This document shows positions 9,105 through 18,400 of a DNA stretch of 64,000 bases, in pieces. The position numbers were made by a program, and so were the translations under genes. The notes under the pieces were generated by a model. It searched no databases and was not told where the DNA came from. It was given only the letters and a program-made list of their open reading frames with translations. The DNA is taken from the NCBI GenBank assembly GCA_934617425.1, contig CAKTUD010000002.1:10011-74010 (forward strand), read 5' to 3'. Position 1 is the stretch's first letter. Each line of letters starts with the position of its first letter. This DNA is from an uncultured Eggerthellaceae bacterium. GTDB lineage: Bacteria > Actinomycetota > Coriobacteriia > Coriobacteriales > Eggerthellaceae.

Positions 9105-9329
9105 ATAAGAGCTGCTTTTGGCAGTTTGTTAGTGGAAGCTGTTCCGCTACCTAAGACAGCTGGTGCCTATAAGGCTCAAACGCATATGCGGCCTGCCGAG
9201 GTGGTTGTGTATTTGATTGTACCGACCCCTGCTGTCTTGGTGACGGCGGGGGTCGTTTCTCTTTTCGAGAACTTACGATCCCACCGACGTTGGTGCGGAA
9301 CCTAAGTGCTTGAAAAGGAGGTGTACTAC
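9105..9329 (+). promoter_or_regulatory. rplJ 5' leader with a terminator-type attenuator hairpin (L10-leader-like autoregulatory region)
   Basis: ~225-nt untranslated leader. A 12-bp stem at 9223-9234/9244-9255 (CGACCCCTGCTG / CGGCGGGGGTCG, including two G-U pairs) is followed by TTTCTCTTTTCG, ~60 nt before the rplJ SD. Confidence 0.5.
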
Positions 9330-9851
9330 ATGCCTAATGCTCAGAACGTGGCAACGATGGCTGCGATCAAGGAAGATCTCGACGGCATTAACGCTATTTG
9401 GGCCGTTGACTATCGCGGTCTTACCGTGAAGGAGACCGAGGAGCTCCGTCGCTCCATCCGCGAGGCCGATGCTTACATGAAGGTGTACAAGAACACTCTG
9501 GTGCGCATCGCTCTCAAAGACATGGATCTTTGCAACATGGACGAAGTCTTGGACGGTCCTTCCGCATTCGTGTTTTGCAAGAACGATCCCGCGGCATCCG
9601 CTAAGGTCCTTAAGGATTTCGCCAAGGATCACGAGAACCTGACCATCAAGGGCGGCATGATGGACAATGCGTTCGTCACCGCAGCAGAGGTCGAGGCTAT
9701 CGCATCCCTGCCTTCGCGCGAACAGCTGCTTGGTCAGCTCGCTGCCGCAATCGCTGGTGTTGCTCGTGGCCTTGCTGTCACCATCAATGGCGTGCCCAGT
9801 GGCTTGGCTCAGTCGATCAAACAGGTTGCCGAGCAAAAGCCCGCTGCCTAA
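9330..9851 (+). CDS. rplJ: 50S ribosomal protein L10
   Basis: MPNAQNVATMAAIKEDLDG... is typical L10. AAGGAGG lies 7 nt upstream of the ATG at 9330. The track start at 9306 lies upstream of the SD. Confidence 0.95.
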   Translation: MPNAQNVATMAAIKEDLDGINAIWAVDYRGLTVKETEELRRSIREADAYMKVYKNTLVRIALKDMDLCNMDEVLDGPSAFVFCKNDPAASAKVLKDFAKDHENLTIKGGMMDNAFVTAAEVEAIASLPSREQLLGQLAAAIAGVARGLAVTINGVPSGLAQSIKQVAEQKPAA

Positions 9852-9940
9852 CAGGCAATCGCGGTTGTACCGCGGCGGCGTGACGCCGCAAGATTTTGTT
9901 TTTGAACCAGGCCGATAGGCCGCTTTGAAAGGAAACTGAA

Positions 9941-10312
9941 ATGGCTTTGACCAATGAAGAGATTATCGAGGCACTGAAGGAGAAGTCCCTGCTCGAGGCT
10001 TCTGAGCTCGTTAGCATGATCGAGGAGACTTTTGGTGTTTCCGCTGCTGCTCCTGTTGCTGTTGCAGCTGCTGCTGCTCCTGCCGAGGCTGCTGCTGAGC
10101 AGACCGAGTTCGACGTCGTTCTCGAGGGCTTCGGCGACAACAAGATCGCTGTCATCAAGGTTGTTCGCGAGATCACCAGCCTCGGCCTGAAGGAAGCTAA
10201 GGATCTCGTCGAGAGCGCTCCTAAGGCTGTCAAGGAGGGTGCTTCCAAGGAGGAGGCCGAGGAGATCAAGGCTAAGCTCGAAGAGGCTGGCGCTGCTGTT
10301 ACCTTGAAGTAA
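9941..10312 (+). CDS. rplL: 50S ribosomal protein L7/L12
   Basis: Contains an Ala-rich hinge ([19 protein letters not shown]) and the C-terminal domain [24 protein letters not shown]. Confidence 0.97.
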   Translation: MALTNEEIIEALKEKSLLEASELVSMIEETFGVSAAAPVAVAAAAAPAEAAAEQTEFDVVLEGFGDNKIAVIKVVREITSLGLKEAKDLVESAPKAVKEGASKEEAEEIKAKLEEAGAAVTLK

Positions 10313-10371
10313 CAACGATTTCCCTGAGGAATCTCATTGCCGTTGCTTTTTGGATGACGGCGATTACCGGA

Positions 10372-10400
10372 GGCGAGAATGCGAACGCGTTCTCGCCTTT
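10372..10400 (+). terminator. Rho-independent terminator after rplL
   Basis: Stem GGCGAGAA/TTCTCGCC followed by TTTGCGCTTTC. Confidence 0.65.
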
Positions 10401-10502
10401 GCGCTTTCTAGTGTAGAATTGATTGTCGATAATGATCGACGGTTGAATGTCGAGATTTTTCGTCGTCGGTGAACTTGCCTGCAATCGCTTCTTTCGAAAG
10501 GG

Positions 10503-11360
10503 ATGGCCGTGGAGATCAGCTATTTCAAAAGCGCATGGAATGATATCAAGCATACGCCGAAATGGCTCGGCAAGGTAATTAAGCTGGCGCTCTTGAATTT
10601 GATTCCCATTTTTGGGCAAATTGTGACGCTTGGCTATCTTTATGGTTGGGCGCGCGATATAGCCTGGGGAGTGCATCAGCCTCTGCCCGACAAGATTTTG
10701 TCCAATGAGGATGGCCAGCTTTATCGGCGAGGCTTCTTCGGCCTGGTGGTTGCATTCGTCATCGGTCTTTTGCCGGCCCTCATCTCGGCGGTGGGTGACA
10801 TTTTGCTTGGGGGCGGCGTTGTCGGAGTGGCCTCTGCTCATGCCCGTTACTCGGTGCTGGGCATGAGCTCTGTCGTTATCGGCGAGGCTCTTTTCCTCCT
10901 AGCGCTCGTCGCGAATCTTGCGGCTTACGTTTTCACGCCGGTCGGGATAATGCGCATGTCGATTTACAATCGTCTGAGCGCCGGTCTGCAACTTGGGCGG
11001 ATTTGGAAGATGCTTCGTCACGATTCGCGTGGTGCTTTGCGTATTGCTGTTATGGCGATTTTGGCAGGTATTGCCGCCGGTTTCGCCACGAGTGTTCTTG
11101 GTGCACTGGCGGCCGCTCCCTTCGTCGGTCTTTTCGCAGCTTCGGGCATGGGTGCGGAATCGGTTTCTGTAGCCTTGCTGTACAGTCTCGGCGCGTTGGG
11201 AGCCGTCTTCCTTCTGGTCTTCGTGCTGTTTTCTTTGGGCGTGGTCGTTTTCGTCAATATGCTTACCGTGCGCGCTGTGGGATATTGGGTTTTCCAGTTT
11301 GATGTGGCGCACTGGGGCGGTCAAGACGACCCCATGCCGTTTGAGGGCGCTGCTCGCTAA
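10503..11360 (+). CDS. Polytopic membrane protein, DUF4013-like
   Basis: The N-terminus ...DIKHTPKWLGKVIKLALLNLIPIFGQIVTLGYLYGWARDIAWG resembles DUF4013 proteins as I recall them, and several TM segments follow. Its stop overlaps the murB stop by 4 nt (convergent genes). Confidence 0.6.
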   Translation: MAVEISYFKSAWNDIKHTPKWLGKVIKLALLNLIPIFGQIVTLGYLYGWARDIAWGVHQPLPDKILSNEDGQLYRRGFFGLVVAFVIGLLPALISAVGDILLGGGVVGVASAHARYSVLGMSSVVIGEALFLLALVANLAAYVFTPVGIMRMSIYNRLSAGLQLGRIWKMLRHDSRGALRIAVMAILAGIAAGFATSVLGALAAAPFVGLFAASGMGAESVSVALLYSLGALGAVFLLVFVLFSLGVVVFVNMLTVRAVGYWVFQFDVAHWGGQDDPMPFEGAAR

Positions 11361-12307
11361 TCTTTTTCGTCGAAGCCCCACATGCGAACTTCGGGCTCTA
11401 GCCCGATTCCCGAGAGAGCGAAAACGCGCTTTTGCACATCTTTTATGAGTTGGAGGACGTCAGAGGCGGTTGCGTTGCCCGCATTCACTACAAAGCCAGC
11501 ATGCTTGCGCGAGACCTCGGCACCACCTACGCGGTAGCCCTGCATGCCTGCATCTTGGATAAGTTTTCCTGCGAAATAGCCCTTCGGCCGCTTGAAGGTC
11601 GAGCCGGCACTGGGCATTTCCAGGGGCTGCTTTGCTTCGCGGCGCGTGGTCAGGTCGTCCATTCTGCTCTGGATGGATGCGGGATCATCTTCGCGTAGGC
11701 GTAGAGTCGCTTTTAGGACGATCATGTTCGCCTCGCCCATCATGCTGTGGCGATAGCTCCAGCTGGCGTCGGTGGCGCTAATTTCGCAAAGCTGCCCTTC
11801 TTCCGTGAGACAAAGGACGCTATCTGCCACATCTTTGAATTCTCCGCCATATGCGCCGGCATTCATTATTGCCGCTCCGCCGATTGACCCGGGGATGCCG
11901 CTGGCGAATTCGTATCCCGAAAGCCCCGCTTTTTGCGCGGCTGCGGCGACTTGTTCATTGGATGCGCCGGCGCAAGCGATAAGCGTGTTGCTTGCGATTT
12001 CTATAGTCGAAAACGCGCTTCCCAATTTGATGACGCAGCCGCACAGACCCTCATCGGCGACAAGAAGGTTGCTGCCAAGGCCCATCACGTGCCATCGAAT
12101 GTTGAAGGAGCGGCAGGTCTCGACGATTGCGCGCACATCTTCGACGGAGGAGGGAAGGACGAGCGCGTCGGCTGGGCCTCCGATCTTGAAGGTGGTGTGC
12201 TTTGACAAGGGTTCGTTGACGAGTATTTTGCGCGCGCCGATCTTGCGCCCGAGCGTTTTGCAGAACTCGTTTGACAGGGTCTTTTCAGTTGCTGCCGATT
12301 CGGCCAT
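11357..12307 (-). CDS. murB: UDP-N-acetylenolpyruvoylglucosamine reductase
   Basis: Contains LSKHTTFKIGGPAD, GLGSNLL and AGSTFKRP, the MurB FAD-binding and C-terminal motifs. Confidence 0.93.
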   Translation of the reverse strand: MAESAATEKTLSNEFCKTLGRKIGARKILVNEPLSKHTTFKIGGPADALVLPSSVEDVRAIVETCRSFNIRWHVMGLGSNLLVADEGLCGCVIKLGSAFSTIEIASNTLIACAGASNEQVAAAAQKAGLSGYEFASGIPGSIGGAAIMNAGAYGGEFKDVADSVLCLTEEGQLCEISATDASWSYRHSMMGEANMIVLKATLRLREDDPASIQSRMDDLTTRREAKQPLEMPSAGSTFKRPKGYFAGKLIQDAGMQGYRVGGAEVSRKHAGFVVNAGNATASDVLQLIKDVQKRVFALSGIGLEPEVRMWGFDEKD

Positions 12308-12469
12308 GGCACTCCATCCGTTTTTTCATGAACGATTGACTTTTGCAATGCGGCGTTTTGCGTTTTGCGGCAGTTGTTTTCATTATCGGGATAATCCCAC
12401 GTAATTTGATGGATGGCAAATGCTCGGGCTCGCTGTTTTTCTGAGCGGTAAATAGTTTCCGTTGCTTGC

Positions 12470-12497
12470 TTGACATCGCCCCTCCAAGACGTATACT
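12470..12497 (+). promoter_or_regulatory. Putative promoter of the arsR-family/HMA/ATPase cluster
   Basis: TTGACA, a 16-nt spacer, then TATACT. Confidence 0.55.
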
Positions 12498-12506
12498 GCA
12501 ATCAAT

Positions 12507-12526
12507 ATATGAACGTTTGCTCATAT
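12507..12526 (+). promoter_or_regulatory. Putative ArsR/SmtB-family operator (imperfect palindrome)
   Basis: ATATGAAC-GTTT-GCTCATAT, with 7 of 8 positions symmetric. It starts 10 nt downstream of the -10 hexamer and resembles the TGAA...TTCA-type CzrA/CadC operators. Confidence 0.45.
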
Positions 12527-12551
12527 GAGAACTTGTAAATAGGAGCAGTTA

Positions 12552-12995
12552 ATGAGCGAGAAGCTTCAAGGCAATGAGCGAAAACCGGCTGATTACGTCA
12601 ATACGCTCGACGGTATCGATACGGGGGCGGCATCGATGCGAAAAAGCGATACCACCGTGTTCGGACAGGGAGGGCATGTGTGCCAGCAGCCCGAGGATTA
12701 CGATGGTGCTTTGCCAGACGAGGAGATTCTTTACGACCTGGCAGACCTTTTCAAGGTTTTTTCCGACACCACTCGAATCAAGATTTTGTTTGCCTTGATG
12801 AACAAGGGGATGTGCGTCGCCGATATCGCAGAAGTAGTGGGAGCGTCGCAGAGTGCTGTCTCTCACCAGCTGCGTACGCTTAAGAGTTCGCGCTTGGTGA
12901 AGTTCCAGAGAGATGGGAAGAACGTAATCTACTCGCTTTCGGATGATCATGTCCACACTATGCTCGCCCAAGGTATGAGCCATATTTGCGAATAG
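12552..12995 (+). CDS. ArsR/SmtB-family metal-sensing transcriptional repressor
   Basis: Winged-HTH core DLFKVFSDTTRIKILFALMNKGMCVADIAEVVGASQSAVSHQLRTLKSSRLV. Confidence 0.9.
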   Translation: MSEKLQGNERKPADYVNTLDGIDTGAASMRKSDTTVFGQGGHVCQQPEDYDGALPDEEILYDLADLFKVFSDTTRIKILFALMNKGMCVADIAEVVGASQSAVSHQLRTLKSSRLVKFQRDGKNVIYSLSDDHVHTMLAQGMSHICE

Positions 12996-13080
12996 GGCTA
13001 GGGTTGGAACTGCGGCGTTAAAGCCGAAGGATCATAGACAAAGGCGGCTGAGCCGCAAAACGCAAGAGAAAGGAACCATC

Positions 13081-13299
13081 ATGCGTAAGGCTATCAAACT
13101 CGACGGTGAAATGTGCGCAAACTGCGCCGGCAAAATCCAGGACAAAATCAGCAAGATGGACGGAGTGAACAGCGCCAGCGTGAACGCCATGACGATGAAG
13201 TTCACTCTCGACGCCGACGACGACAAATTCGACAGCATTGTAAAAGAATCTGTGAAGGTGTTTAACGACATCGAACCCGATTGCGAGGTTCTTGCCTAG
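13081..13299 (+). CDS. Stand-alone heavy-metal-associated (HMA) domain metallochaperone
   Basis: 72 aa with the GEMCANCAGKIQDKISKMDGV CxxC metal-binding motif. SD GAAAGGAA lies upstream. Confidence 0.85.
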   Translation: MRKAIKLDGEMCANCAGKIQDKISKMDGVNSASVNAMTMKFTLDADDDKFDSIVKESVKVFNDIEPDCEVLA

Positions 13300-13340
13300 T
13301 CGGATTTGGGCGGACCGGGCTCGCTTTGAAAGGATTTCTT

Positions 13341-15260
13341 ATGGCGCAAGGGTTGACGAAAAAACAGCGGAAGAAGCGAAACCGAATCCTTATCGCATTG
13401 GCTGCGTTCGCCGTGCTGCTTGCTGCAAGCGATATTTTCGGGGTCTTCGAGGTATTGCCCGGCGGATTGTGGATTGAGTTTGCGGCTTTCTTGATCCCCT
13501 ACCTCATTGCCGGGTATGACGTTCTCCAAAAGGCGTGGCACGGCATAGTCCATAAACAGCCGTTTGATGAGAACCTGCTTATGGCCATTGCCACGATCGG
13601 TGCATTTGCTTTGGTGTTTTTCCCTGAGGCTGAGCCTCATATGGCCGAAGGCGCAGCGGTCATGTTGTTCTATCAAGTGGGCGAGCTGTTCGAAAGTTAC
13701 GCCACTAATAAAACGCGCCGCTCTATCTCCGAGATGATGGATATCGCTCCAGATTATGCGAACATCGAAGGGGAAGATGGCAAGCTTTTGCAGGTTGACC
13801 CTTACGAGGTCAAAGTCGGCGATGTTATCGTCGTCAAAGCTGGTGAGCGTATTCCCCTTGATGGAGTGGTTACCGATGGGCGCAGTCAGCTTGATACGAG
13901 CGCTCTTACCGGCGAGTCGGTTCCTCGTGTGGTTGAGCCGGGGGCGGAGGTTATCTCCGGCTGCGTGAACATGAGCGGCCTTTTGCGCGTGCGCGTTGCC
14001 AAACCGTACGGCGAGTCTACCGTGCAGCGTATTCTGGAGCTGGTAGAGAACGCCAGCGAGAAGAAAGCGCGTACCGAAAACTTCACCTCGCGTTTTGCGC
14101 GGTATTATACGCCCATTGTCGTTGGCGTGGCGGCTGCCATTGCAATCGTGAGCCCGTTTTTTGGATCTACTCTTACGGCGAGTGTTCGGAGCGCGCTGGT
14201 CTTTTTGGTCGTTAGCTGCCCGTGCGCGCTAGTCATCTCGGTGCCTCTATCGTTTTTCAGCGGGATCGGTGCAGCAAGTCGTATCGGCGTGCTGGTGAAA
14301 GGATCGAGCTATCTGGAGACCCTCGGCGCGGTCGACACCGTTGCTTTCGACAAGACGGGAACTCTTACCAACGGCTCGTTTAGCGTGATCGCGGTTCATG
14401 CAAAGGATGGCGTGGATCCCGACGAGGTTCTTTCTTACGCGGCTCATGCGGAATCCTATTCTGATCACCCAATCGCGGTTTCTGTCAAGGAAAGCTATTC
14501 GGGTGCTATCGACCAAAGCGTTATCGAAAATGTTGAAGAACGCTCGGGGCGTGGCGTTTGCGCCGATGTCGATGGGCGTCGTGTTTTTGTCGGCAACGAT
14601 AAGCTGATGGCCGAAGAAGGCGTGCCTTTCGAGCCGTGCGAACTGGTTGGTACCGTTTTGCACGTTGCTCTCGACGGTGTCTATATCGGCCATGTGATTA
14701 TCGCCGACACGCTGAAGGACGACGCTAAGGAGACGATTGATTCGCTGCATGCGGCGGGGGTTGGTCGTACGGTTATGCTTACGGGCGATCGCCGAGAGGT
14801 CGCGGAGGCTGTTGCCAACGAGCTGGGAATCGATGAGTTCTACGCTCAGCTTATGCCGCAGGATAAGGTTGATAGGGTCGAGCGTCTGCTTTCGAATGAG
14901 ACAGGTAAGGGCAAACTTGCTTTTGCAGGCGATGGCATAAACGATGCCCCTGTTCTTATGCGTGCCGACATAGGTATTGCTATGGGGGCTATGGGGTCGG
15001 ATGCAGCTATTGAAGCCGCGGATATCGTGCTGATGGATGACAAGCCCGCAAAAATAGCTTCGGCCATCAAGATTGCTCGGAAAACCATGCGCATCGTTTG
15101 GCAGAACATTATTTTCGCTATCGGCGTGAAGGTCGTCATCATGATTCTGGCTCTGCCGTTTATCGGCATCGCCACGATGTGGCTAGCTGTGTTTGGCGAT
15201 GTTGGGGTAAGCGTTATCGCCATTCTCAACTCCATGAGGGCTCTGAAGGCCGCAAAATAA
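13341..15260 (+). CDS. P1B-2-type heavy-metal (Zn/Cd/Pb-type) translocating P-type ATPase lacking a fused HMA domain
   Basis: Contains DKTGTLT, GDGINDAP, the TM6 motif SCPCALVISVP (CPCx4SxP), the TM7 motif NIIFAIGVK (Nx7K) and the TM8 motif GDVGVS (DxG). I prefer the ATG at 13341 with GAAAGGA upstream, because the longer ORF start at 13281 overlaps the chaperone gene. Confidence 0.9.
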   Translation: MAQGLTKKQRKKRNRILIALAAFAVLLAASDIFGVFEVLPGGLWIEFAAFLIPYLIAGYDVLQKAWHGIVHKQPFDENLLMAIATIGAFALVFFPEAEPHMAEGAAVMLFYQVGELFESYATNKTRRSISEMMDIAPDYANIEGEDGKLLQVDPYEVKVGDVIVVKAGERIPLDGVVTDGRSQLDTSALTGESVPRVVEPGAEVISGCVNMSGLLRVRVAKPYGESTVQRILELVENASEKKARTENFTSRFARYYTPIVVGVAAAIAIVSPFFGSTLTASVRSALVFLVVSCPCALVISVPLSFFSGIGAASRIGVLVKGSSYLETLGAVDTVAFDKTGTLTNGSFSVIAVHAKDGVDPDEVLSYAAHAESYSDHPIAVSVKESYSGAIDQSVIENVEERSGRGVCADVDGRRVFVGNDKLMAEEGVPFEPCELVGTVLHVALDGVYIGHVIIADTLKDDAKETIDSLHAAGVGRTVMLTGDRREVAEAVANELGIDEFYAQLMPQDKVDRVERLLSNETGKGKLAFAGDGINDAPVLMRADIGIAMGAMGSDAAIEAADIVLMDDKPAKIASAIKIARKTMRIVWQNIIFAIGVKVVIMILALPFIGIATMWLAVFGDVGVSVIAILNSMRALKAAK

Positions 15261-15317
15261 CAGTTGGGGTTTGCAAAAAGCAATTGCTTGGCTAGGCGGT
15301 AGGGTTCGCTTTGCTTG

Positions 15318-15356
15318 CGGGGCGCGTCTCCTTTGGGGATGCGCCCCGTTTCGTAT
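15318..15356. terminator. Terminator hairpin between convergent genes
   Basis: Stem CGGGGCGC/GCGCCCCG followed by TTTCGTATT on the + strand. Confidence 0.6.
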
Positions 15357-15409
15357 TGTGAATGGTTCGCTCGTATGCTTTTGCGCTATTGATCCGTTTG
15401 GCGTGTACT

Positions 15410-18400
15410 CTACGGACGTCGGTTTTTATTTCTGCTGCGCATCGCCATGACGGCCGCCACTCCCGCTACGCCGGCGATGAGCGCTGTTGCGGCAAATGGG
15501 ATGATGGAATCGCCGGTTTTTGCAAACGCTTTCTTAATTTTTTCTACTGCATTTTCTTTTTCGGGAGAAGTTGGCTTTGCGGGAAAGAGGACGGTCTGGT
15601 TTTTGTCGTTGATGTCTGCGTGTTCGGCTAGCGTTGTACCCTCTTGCGTTAGCGTCTCGAACGCGACAACCGCCTTGTCATCAAGATTCTCTGTATCAAG
15701 GGGGAACCTTAGCTCGATGTCTCCGCTGGATTCTTTCGACCTGAAGCTTGCCGTTGCGACAATGTCTTTCCCGTCGGCCTTCGTCAGCGTGCCCTCGTCG
15801 TCGGCGGTGCCGTTATCTTCGATTGAGGCTAGGTGAAGCGTTCCTTCGATTCGGTATTCGACATCGGGCATAAGATTCTCGTAGTGCACTTGATCGATAA
15901 TGGCTGTTTCTCCTTCGCTATTGTCGACGCGGGAACCGGTTTTCTCGCTTCGTGCGTTTGTGCTGATGAGAGGCACCAGCAGCGTCTGGTTTTCGTCGGA
16001 GATGTTCTCGTGCGCCGCTATGAGCTCTGCTCCTTTGTAGCATCTTTCAAATATAACGATGTTGAGCCCGCCGAGCTCTTTTCCGCACACGGTTAGGGGA
16101 ACCTCGGCTTCGCCCGAGGTTTCGTTCGGCGTGAAGAAGACTTCCGTGGTGATAGGTTCGCCTTCTTCATTCGTGACGGCTCCACCATCGCTGATTTTGC
16201 CATCGGCATCGGTGCTTGCAATGTGCGCCGTGGCCACAAGGCGATACTCCGTATTCGGCTCGAGATTGACGTAGGCAACGTTGTCGGTAATGCTGGCGCT
16301 GCCAAGTGCAGGCAAGATTTTCGCCCCGCTTTCATTGACGGTGGCCTTTGTTTCTATCTTCGGAAAAGCCACGGATTGGCTATCGTCCGATATGTCGGCG
16401 TGCGTTGCAAGGACGATATCGTTGCGTTCGAGTTTTTCGAATGCAACGACGGTTTTTCCTGCAAGAGAGGGTGCGTTGAAGATGAACGTGACCTCGACTT
16501 CGCCTGAGGATTCGCTTGGCGTGAACGTCTGCTTTGCGGTGATGGGGCTGCCCTTTTCGTCTTTGGCAGCACCTTCGTCACTTCCATCGGTTGAGCGAAC
16601 GTGCAGCTCAGCATTTAAGGTGTAGGTTTTCCCGGGCAGGAGCGCGTGGTACTCAACGGTGTCGATAAGTGTGCAGGCATCGGCAAGGTCGGGCGCGGTC
16701 AGTGCCTTTTCGGACTTTAATTTAGTTGAGATGCCGGGGAAAGTAACAGTTTGGTCGGTATCGGATGGGTCGGAATGCTCGGCGATTAGTTCGTTGTCGA
16801 GAGTTATTCGCTCGAAGGCGACCACCTGTTTGCCTGTAAGCGATGAGGAATCGAGAGAGAACTCGACCTCGGTTTTGCCGTTAGCGGTTTTAGGGGAAAA
16901 TTCGGTGGTTGCTATCACCGTTTCCCCCGATGCAGTGGTCACTGGGCCGCCGTCTTTTCGATTTCCATCGGCGTCGATTTCGACGAAGTGGAGCTCTCCT
17001 TGTGCAGCGTAGGCTTTGCCCGGCGTGAGCCCTTCGTAGTCTATCGTGTCGATGAGGCATACACTGTCGTTTGCTGCCGCCACGTGATCGCCGTTGGCGT
17101 TGGTTAGGGTCGTTCTTACTGTGGGCAGGGGGCTGTTGTCGACGGTTCCCAGATCGAGCTTCGTCTTATTGCGTTTTACGGTTATGTCAAAAGACAACAG
17201 CTCTTTTCCTTCGTTGGTCTTACAGCGCAGCTCTTCGATGCGGTAAGAGTCGAAGGGAAGCGCTCCTAGGGCGTCGTCCGCCTTGGTTGCGATGTTTTCG
17301 CGCCCGCTGAACCATAGACCGGCTTCGCTATTTAGATCGGCCTCTTCCGAGGCGAGGATGCCGTCATTTGCGTTCGTGTTTTTGGAGTGCGCGTTCCATT
17401 CGCTCGAGGTGTCGACGGTGCCGTTCTCATCGGTGACAACGACGTGTTTTTCCCCGCTTGTAAGGCTCGTTATGGCGAAAGGCACGCTCGCCATGCGCTC
17501 CATCGTCTTTCCATCTGCTTTAGAAAACGCTATGTCGCCGCGCTTTACCTGGTCGGATACGGATTCCGAGGTTGATGCGAGATCGTATACCTTTGCTTCG
17601 CGGATCGATACCGTTTTGCTCCAAGCACGCGAGTTGGCATCGATCAGGTAACCCTCGGGGGCTTCTATCTCTTTTATTTCGTAGGTGCCGAAGGGTAGGG
17701 CGTTTGACGCTGTCGAGGCGATGCCTGCCTCATCGGTTTCGATGGTGAGAATTGTTTGTCCTGGACGGTATTCGTTACCGTCAACGACTACCGAGTGGGC
17801 TGAACGGTTTGTCACGGAGAAGACGGCGCCTTCGAGTGTTGCCGCACCAAGGGGGTTGTGCTCGGAGGTCTCTCGGTCGATCTTGCCGATGGATATGCCG
17901 CCGCGCAGGACTTGTTCGGAAATCGCTGGGGCTTCATATCTCAACACGATGGGGGAGATTTCTTCCGAAGCTATGTTCACGATGAGATCGGGTGCATTGT
18001 CGAGCGCGTAACCGGATGGAGCGATGGTTTCGCGGACGAAGAGCGTCCCTAGAGGCAGACAGAGCCTCTCGTTTTGGGTGAAGAGCTTGTCGCCCGAGAT
18101 GAAGTAGGGCAACGTGGCACTTGCTACGCCGCTGTTGTCGTGGATATCGAAAGTGCTATCCGCATTCGAAAACTCGATTCTTCCCTGTTCATTTGTTTGC
18201 ATGATCCAGGTTCGCTTTTCGATGCCGTTTCGAGCGGCTGCGTCGGCTTCGCTTCGCGAGGAGAATTGTCCGCCATAGAAAGTTATCTCAAACTGCGCGC
18301 ACGCGAGCGAACCGTCGCCCTGCGATTCCGAGCGACCGGTTTCGGAGTCGTATTTGGAGAGCCATATCTCCATGGGGTTGTACTGAGGCTGCTCTCCGAT

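Noticed and set aside
11357-11360. 4-nt convergent stop-codon overlap of the DUF4013-like gene and murB as a regulatory feature
   Set aside because: It is a trivial tail-to-tail overlap (CTAA/TTAG) with no hairpin. It is noted only because no terminator separates the two genes.
13281-13340. Longer start of the P-type ATPase overlapping the HMA gene
   Set aside because: The ATG at 13341 has a good SD and begins the basic pre-TM segment typical of these pumps. The extension overlaps the chaperone stop region and has no supporting signal.
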